In this document: piece after piece, positions 59,842-64,000 of the stretch
Layout: each line of letters opens with the position of its first letter
Position numbering within the stretch: position 1 is the first letter of the stretch
Virus record (IMG/VR): IMGVR_UViG_3300035130_000336
Location: 1 to 64,000 of that record
Reading direction: 5' to 3' (one strand)
Source of the DNA: a virus
Lineage: Duplodnaviria > Caudoviricetes
DNA length: 64,000 bases
Position numbers and translations under genes: made by a program
The notes under the pieces: model-generated
Seen by the model: the letters and a program-made list of their open reading frames with translations, nothing else
Databases searched by the model: none
Told to the model about the DNA's origin: nothing

Positions 59842-60086
59842 GGCTACAAAAAGACTACAATTGGCCCTGATGATAGTATATTTAAGGATAAAATTACTCA
59901 TGATGGAAAGCAGGTTTTTAAAAAAAGTGCCCAAATTCGTTAAAAAAACGGAGGGGAGAGGATTTGAACCTCCGGTAGAGTTGCCCCTACGCAGGTTTAG
60001 CAACTCTACGGCGGAGTAGGTTTCACCCAATAAAACCAATGGTTCTATGCCGTCTTTCGCAGCGAAAAGGCTACCTGAGGGCTACA
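59842..60086. other. attP region: tRNA-derived core flanked by integrase arm-type repeats
   Basis: GGCTACA/GACTACA at 59842 and 59853, GGCTACC/GGCTACA at 60069 and 60080 (11 bp pitch), on both sides of the tRNA fragment. Confidence 0.7.
59949..60003 (-). tRNA. 3' half of tRNA-Ser(GCT); att core fragment, not a complete tRNA
   Basis: Minus strand TTGCTAA-ACCTG-long variable arm-GGAGGTTCAAATCCTCT-CCCCTCC-G; similarity stops at the anticodon loop; no D arm or 5' acceptor strand. Confidence 0.85.
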
Positions 60087-61097
60087 TAATACGTCATTTA
60101 TGATATCAATCTGACGCCGGTTGTCGTAAACATGCTGCGTTTTCGGACTCGTTTGAATGCCCATTTTCTTTAACATCTCATAGGTGAATCCCTGCCGCAA
60201 CAGATACGTCTCCGCGCAATGCTTTAAATCGTGCCAGTTGAAATCATAAATCCCCACCTGTTTTAAAACTGTATCGAAATGCCATCGGGGATCGCTGATT
60301 TTTTTCCAGACGACCTTTCCGTTTTTCCGTTCCAACATGGGAAAGAGCCACGGACAATCCTTCGGCAACGAATGGGCGTACCGGACAAAATCCATGTCGA
60401 TATTCGGCAGGATCGTTACCCGGATTTTATCTTTCGTTTTCTTCGCCTGAAAACGAACGACCCATCGTGATACTTCCATCTGAAGATTTTTTCGCTGTAA
60501 ATTGAAAAGATCCCCCTTGCGGATGGGATTAATAAGGGAGAATTTTACCGCTTCGAGAATGTGGGATTTATGTAAGGTCAAATAATTGATCAGGGCGTTT
60601 TTTTCGCCGTCGGAGAGAATCCGATTGCGCTCGTTGCCTTTCCTGATCCTCCATTTTCTGACCGTGGTTCGACCGCACCGCCCGGTTTCATAAGCGAAAT
60701 TGCAGATTGACCGGACGACGATTTTATAATTATTGACGGTATTGACCGCAAGGCCGCTCCCTTCGAGATTTCCGACATACCGGCTGTAACCGGCGGCGAA
60801 AATCTGCTTGTCGGGAAACAGACGACCCAATTCCTTAATCGATCGGTCGTAACACGCCTGATTAAATCCCCCGCGTCCGCGCTCGTTCAAATAAAGTTCC
60901 GCGCATTTGGAAAATCGTAACGATGTCAAAGAACAATCTCCCGTCAATGAACGGGCTTCGATCTGATTTTTTAAATGCTGATCGAAATTATCCGTCTTGC
61001 GGCGGAAGTGACGCGCCTTTCCCGCGCCGTTTCGGTATGCCCGGTCAACGTAATACCACCGAACCCCATTTGCATCATTCTTATACCAGACTCGCAT
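60045..61097 (-). CDS. int: tyrosine recombinase / phage integrase
   Basis: TVNNY core-binding region, NPIRKGDL, KTK, WHDLKH and C-terminal Y; GGAGGAG RBS before MRVWYK; adjacent to the att core. Confidence 0.88.
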   Translation of the reverse strand: MRVWYKNDANGVRWYYVDRAYRNGAGKARHFRRKTDNFDQHLKNQIEARSLTGDCSLTSLRFSKCAELYLNERGRGGFNQACYDRSIKELGRLFPDKQIFAAGYSRYVGNLEGSGLAVNTVNNYKIVVRSICNFAYETGRCGRTTVRKWRIRKGNERNRILSDGEKNALINYLTLHKSHILEAVKFSLINPIRKGDLFNLQRKNLQMEVSRWVVRFQAKKTKDKIRVTILPNIDMDFVRYAHSLPKDCPWLFPMLERKNGKVVWKKISDPRWHFDTVLKQVGIYDFNWHDLKHCAETYLLRQGFTYEMLKKMGIQTSPKTQHVYDNRRQIDIINDVLCSPQVAFSLRKTA

Positions 61098-61168
61098 ATC
61101 TCCTCCCTTTTCAGGGAGGGTATCTGAGTATAATATAGTATCAGGTAGGGGAAAAGAGGGTATATTTT

Positions 61169-61441
61169 CTACGCTTTTACGCATACCGCATTATAGATGA
61201 TTTTATTGGCGTATTCCGGACAGAATTCAGGCGTTTTCGACATATCGTATCGATTGCCCTGTTCGTATTTCACGCAAGTGTTTTTGAGGGGACACTCTTC
61301 ACAGGTCGGAATATCTTTTTTCCACCGGTCGGCGTATTCCCGGCAGCCGCCGAGCATACATCGCGGACTCCACTTATGCGGGACGGCGGAGGGACACCCT
61401 TCACACTCTTTTACGGCTTTGCCGCAAATATAGAGGCTCAT
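61169..61441 (-). CDS. Cys-rich hypothetical protein
   Basis: 90 aa with several CxxC motifs; ATGA overlap. Confidence 0.6.
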   Translation of the reverse strand: MSLYICGKAVKECEGCPSAVPHKWSPRCMLGGCREYADRWKKDIPTCEECPLKNTCVKYEQGNRYDMSKTPEFCPEYANKIIYNAVCVKA

Positions 61442-61641
61442 TTTTTTCTTCCTCTCTCCGGCAATAAAAACTCTCCGCCGGTCAGTCGTTTTTCAATATC
61501 GGCACGCCTGAACCGATAAATTCCCCCGATTTTTACCATACCGGGCAGACGTCGTAACGCCATGTATTTTTCGATGAACTTTTTACTGACGTTCAACCTC
61601 TCGCTCAGCTCGTCGGGAGTCATCAGCGAATCTTTCGTCAT
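61438..61641 (-). CDS. excisionase-like HTH_17 protein
   Basis: LMTPDELSERLNVS...LPGMVKIGGIYRFRRADI; AAGGAG RBS. Confidence 0.85.
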   Translation of the reverse strand: MTKDSLMTPDELSERLNVSKKFIEKYMALRRLPGMVKIGGIYRFRRADIEKRLTGGEFLLPERGRKK

Positions 61642-61649
61642 ACGCGCTC

Positions 61650-62154
61650 CTTGCCTTTGCATCACTGAACATTACTTTGCATTGCCATGCCTGTGCTTGA
61701 CTACGCCTTACTTCGCCTGTGCTATACTAAACTTCACATCGCATCGCCTGTGCTACACCAAACAACACTGCGCACTGCCTGTGCCTAACTCAACAATGCC
61801 AAACCGTGCCTGTGCTTAACAAAACAACACCATGCTAATCCTGTGCTTCACATAACTGAACAGCACTATGCATTGCCTGTGCCGCGCAATACACCACCTC
61901 GCTTTGCCTGTGCTGGGCCAAACATTACCCTGCCTTGCCTGTGCATAACGAAACTCCACCGCGCATTACCTGTGCATTACCTTACCAAACCTTACATCAC
62001 CATGCCTGTGCAAAACTTGACATTGCTTCACGATGCCTGTGCTTAACAAAACATGTCATAACAATGCATTGCCTATGCTTAACCAAACCGTGCTGTACCT
62101 GTGCTTGACAATACATCACCCCACGGTGCCTATGCATTACCTTACCAAACACCG
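61650..62154 (-). repeat. pentamer-periodic array 3
   Basis: Same grammar (ctgtgc ttgac tacgc cttac ttcgc ctgtgc...); fills the gap between the SSB-like gene stop and the xis RBS. Confidence 0.9.
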
Positions 62155-62583
62155 TTAAAACGGCAGATCGGAATCCGCTGGGGGAGCGTTGTTCTGGTCC
62201 GCCAGATGTTTCGCTTCACGGCACACGTAATCATCGATTTTGTTCTTGTCGGGATAGATGCCGTTTTTATCCACTTCGATACCGATTTTTGCTTTACCGA
62301 CACGACCTTCGAAATCGAAGGCTCTGAGGCTTCCCGTTTCGTATTTCGCCAGCAGCCCGAAAGCATCGCATGCATGGCGGAGTTTCGCGGGCATCTCATC
62401 AAGCAGATAGTCATAGATTCTGTTGACGACGCGATCCCCCAACCAGACGGCAATAGTAAGCCGGATCATCTCCTTGTCGTTTTTACTTACCTGATCGATC
62501 GCTTCGATCACTTCGACGTCGTAAACGCCTTTATCGATGATTTTTCTCGGTAGATCTTTTTCCGAATAGGTTTTGAACCTCAT
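62155..62583 (-). CDS. DUF669-like single-stranded DNA-binding protein
   Basis: GVYDVEVIEA...SKNDKEM, YPDKNKIDDY, C-terminal DSDLPF tip; follows the Sak4-like gene. Confidence 0.75.
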   Translation of the reverse strand: MRFKTYSEKDLPRKIIDKGVYDVEVIEAIDQVSKNDKEMIRLTIAVWLGDRVVNRIYDYLLDEMPAKLRHACDAFGLLAKYETGSLRAFDFEGRVGKAKIGIEVDKNGIYPDKNKIDDYVCREAKHLADQNNAPPADSDLPF

Positions 62584-63479
62584 TTCTTTTTTCCGCCTTT
62601 CAATTTGCCGTTTAACCATTCTATTGTTTTCGCCGCCTGATCGGCGGTAAGTTCGTTCCAGTTGTCCGCTCCCGCCTTGGTCAATACTTTCGTCGTTTCC
62701 TCAGGGGTGATTTTAAGGAGCGCCACCATCCGTTCGATTTCCTCGACATCTTCATCCGACGCGATCGTGATAGGGTTTACATTCGATTCAATATTCTCCC
62801 TGCCGTACCGTTTCGAAAACTCCTCGTAATCGAGGGAAAAGGTTTCCTGATCGGGAAAACCCGCGAGGCGCGTTTTATAAACGATCGCCGTCGGCGGATA
62901 GACGGTGCCGCGTTTGATCACCCGCAATCCCAGATCAAGCTCGTAAACGAGTTTGTCCCATACGTCGGGACACTTTCCTGTCTCTTCCCGCTGCCCGGTT
63001 CGGGGATTGGTACCCCATTCCGACGTCTCATGCGCGATGAACCAGATGTTCATATCAAGTTTCATACACCAATTGACAAGTCGGCGCATTTGCGCGATCG
63101 CCGGTTTTTTCGACGCGCCAAAGACATCACGTTCGGCGAGACGCTCCGCCTCGTTGGCGATGCATGTCTGGTAGACTTTCGTGATTGAATCGATCACCAG
63201 CGTACCGTAATTATGTTTTTCGGTGGCAAGCGACTGCATCTCGGTAACGATCGCCGAAAGGTCAAGCGCCCCTTCTTCCGGTCCCATGTACGCGCCTCCC
63301 GCCGCTTTGAGGCGTTTCTGGTATTCCACTCCATCCGCTCCCCCTTCGGTATCGATATAATACGGCCTTGGGAACGTGAGAGAAAACCATGTTTTTCCCA
63401 CTCCACTCGCTCCGAAAAGAAGCCCTTTCGCCTTACCCTGTTTTACTTCTTCAGGATCTTTCGCTTTCAATTTGCTCAT
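62580..63479 (-). CDS. AAA_24 / Sak4-like recombination ATPase
   Basis: GASGVGKT, YIDTEGG, LVIDSIT and FIAHE motifs; GGAGG RBS before MSKLK. Confidence 0.85.
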   Translation of the reverse strand: MSKLKAKDPEEVKQGKAKGLLFGASGVGKTWFSLTFPRPYYIDTEGGADGVEYQKRLKAAGGAYMGPEEGALDLSAIVTEMQSLATEKHNYGTLVIDSITKVYQTCIANEAERLAERDVFGASKKPAIAQMRRLVNWCMKLDMNIWFIAHETSEWGTNPRTGQREETGKCPDVWDKLVYELDLGLRVIKRGTVYPPTAIVYKTRLAGFPDQETFSLDYEEFSKRYGRENIESNVNPITIASDEDVEEIERMVALLKITPEETTKVLTKAGADNWNELTADQAAKTIEWLNGKLKGGKKK

Positions 63480-63702
63480 CAAAAACCTCCATTGATTGAC
63501 AATTAGCGGTGCAGCGGTTATGTTCCCGGTCCCACGGCGCACCGCATTCGGGACATGTTTCTTTCACGATGTCATTGCCGTTGCGTCGACGGCGGTCGCG
63601 CGACGGAACGGGCGTCATATCCTGCTGGCCCAATGCTCTTCCACCGGTTTTCTGCGGTGTTCGCCCCATTGCTCCATTATCCGTGCGATCGCCGCGTCAT
63701 AA

Positions 63703-64000
63703 TCAAACGGTTCTTCCGATTTTTCTGAGGACTCCGGCAACGACGTCTTCCGTTGCGGCAATTTGTTCTCGTTTCTCATCATCGGTCATGCTCACTTGTT
63801 TCACCGGTTCCTTTTCCGGTGCCGGTTGCATCCTTCCCCGTATTTTGTCGATCACCCAATTGCGGATAACCTTGTTGTGATCCTGATACTGTTTGCGTTT
63901 CTTCGGGTTATTGGTCAGATATTCATCGAGATATTTTATACATGCTTTAACAAACCGTTCGCCAAGTTCTTTCTTCAACCGCTCATACTCTTCATCGGTC
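63703..64000 (-). CDS. C-terminal part of a phage replication protein (5' end beyond the window)
   Basis: Frame open to the edge: ...TDEEYERLKKELGE...YLDEY...YQDHNKVIRNW. Confidence 0.55.
   Translation of the reverse strand, partial: TDEEYERLKKELGERFVKACIKYLDEYLTNNPKKRKQYQDHNKVIRNWVIDKIRGRMQPAPEKEPVKQVSMTDDEKREQIAATEDVVAGVLRKIGRTV

Noticed and set aside
59949-60040. Complete tRNA-Ser gene
   Set aside because: The 5' anticodon stem strand, D arm and 5' acceptor strand are absent, so it is treated as an att core.
56277-62154. Canonical CRISPR array
   Set aside because: There is no 23-47 bp conserved repeat alternating with unique spacers. The constant part is only about 8 bp (GCCTKTGC) and the intervening sequence is itself periodic. 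No cas1 or cas2 is seen.
1-64000. Alternative genetic code or stop-codon reassignment
   Set aside because: Core genes (terL, portal, capsid, integrase) are full length and densely packed under the standard bacterial code.

Overview
The window reads as a large part of a temperate, podovirus-like dsDNA phage genome, with phage genes on both sides of an attP-like site. From left to right: (1) 1-3260, leftward small early genes with repeated leaders behind a strong sigma70 promoter; (2) a palindrome-rich intergenic region, then terS, a DNA methyltransferase, holin-, Lar- and HNH-like genes and terL; (3) a ~19 kb glycan-modification island between terL and portal (glycosyltransferases, methyltransferases, kinase-like proteins, radical SAM, DegT aminotransferase, cytidylyltransferase, two LicD-like genes); (4) portal, scaffold, capsid, adaptor, nozzle, Kelch/PKD/LamG and tail-fibre genes, ejection proteins and RusA; (5) a leftward block with a 3'-half tRNA-Ser att core, tyrosine integrase, excisionase, SSB-like, Sak4-like and replication genes. 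The most unusual signal is at 56.3-62.2 kb. A lone Cas7/RAMP-like gene (57316-57951) is surrounded by ~3.2 kb of non-coding arrays with a 5-nt period (GY-NNN on the inferred transcribed strand), punctuated every 26-41 nt by a conserved hexamer. This is a candidate non-CRISPR RNA-guided system. All product calls come from motif recognition by eye; no database searches were run.
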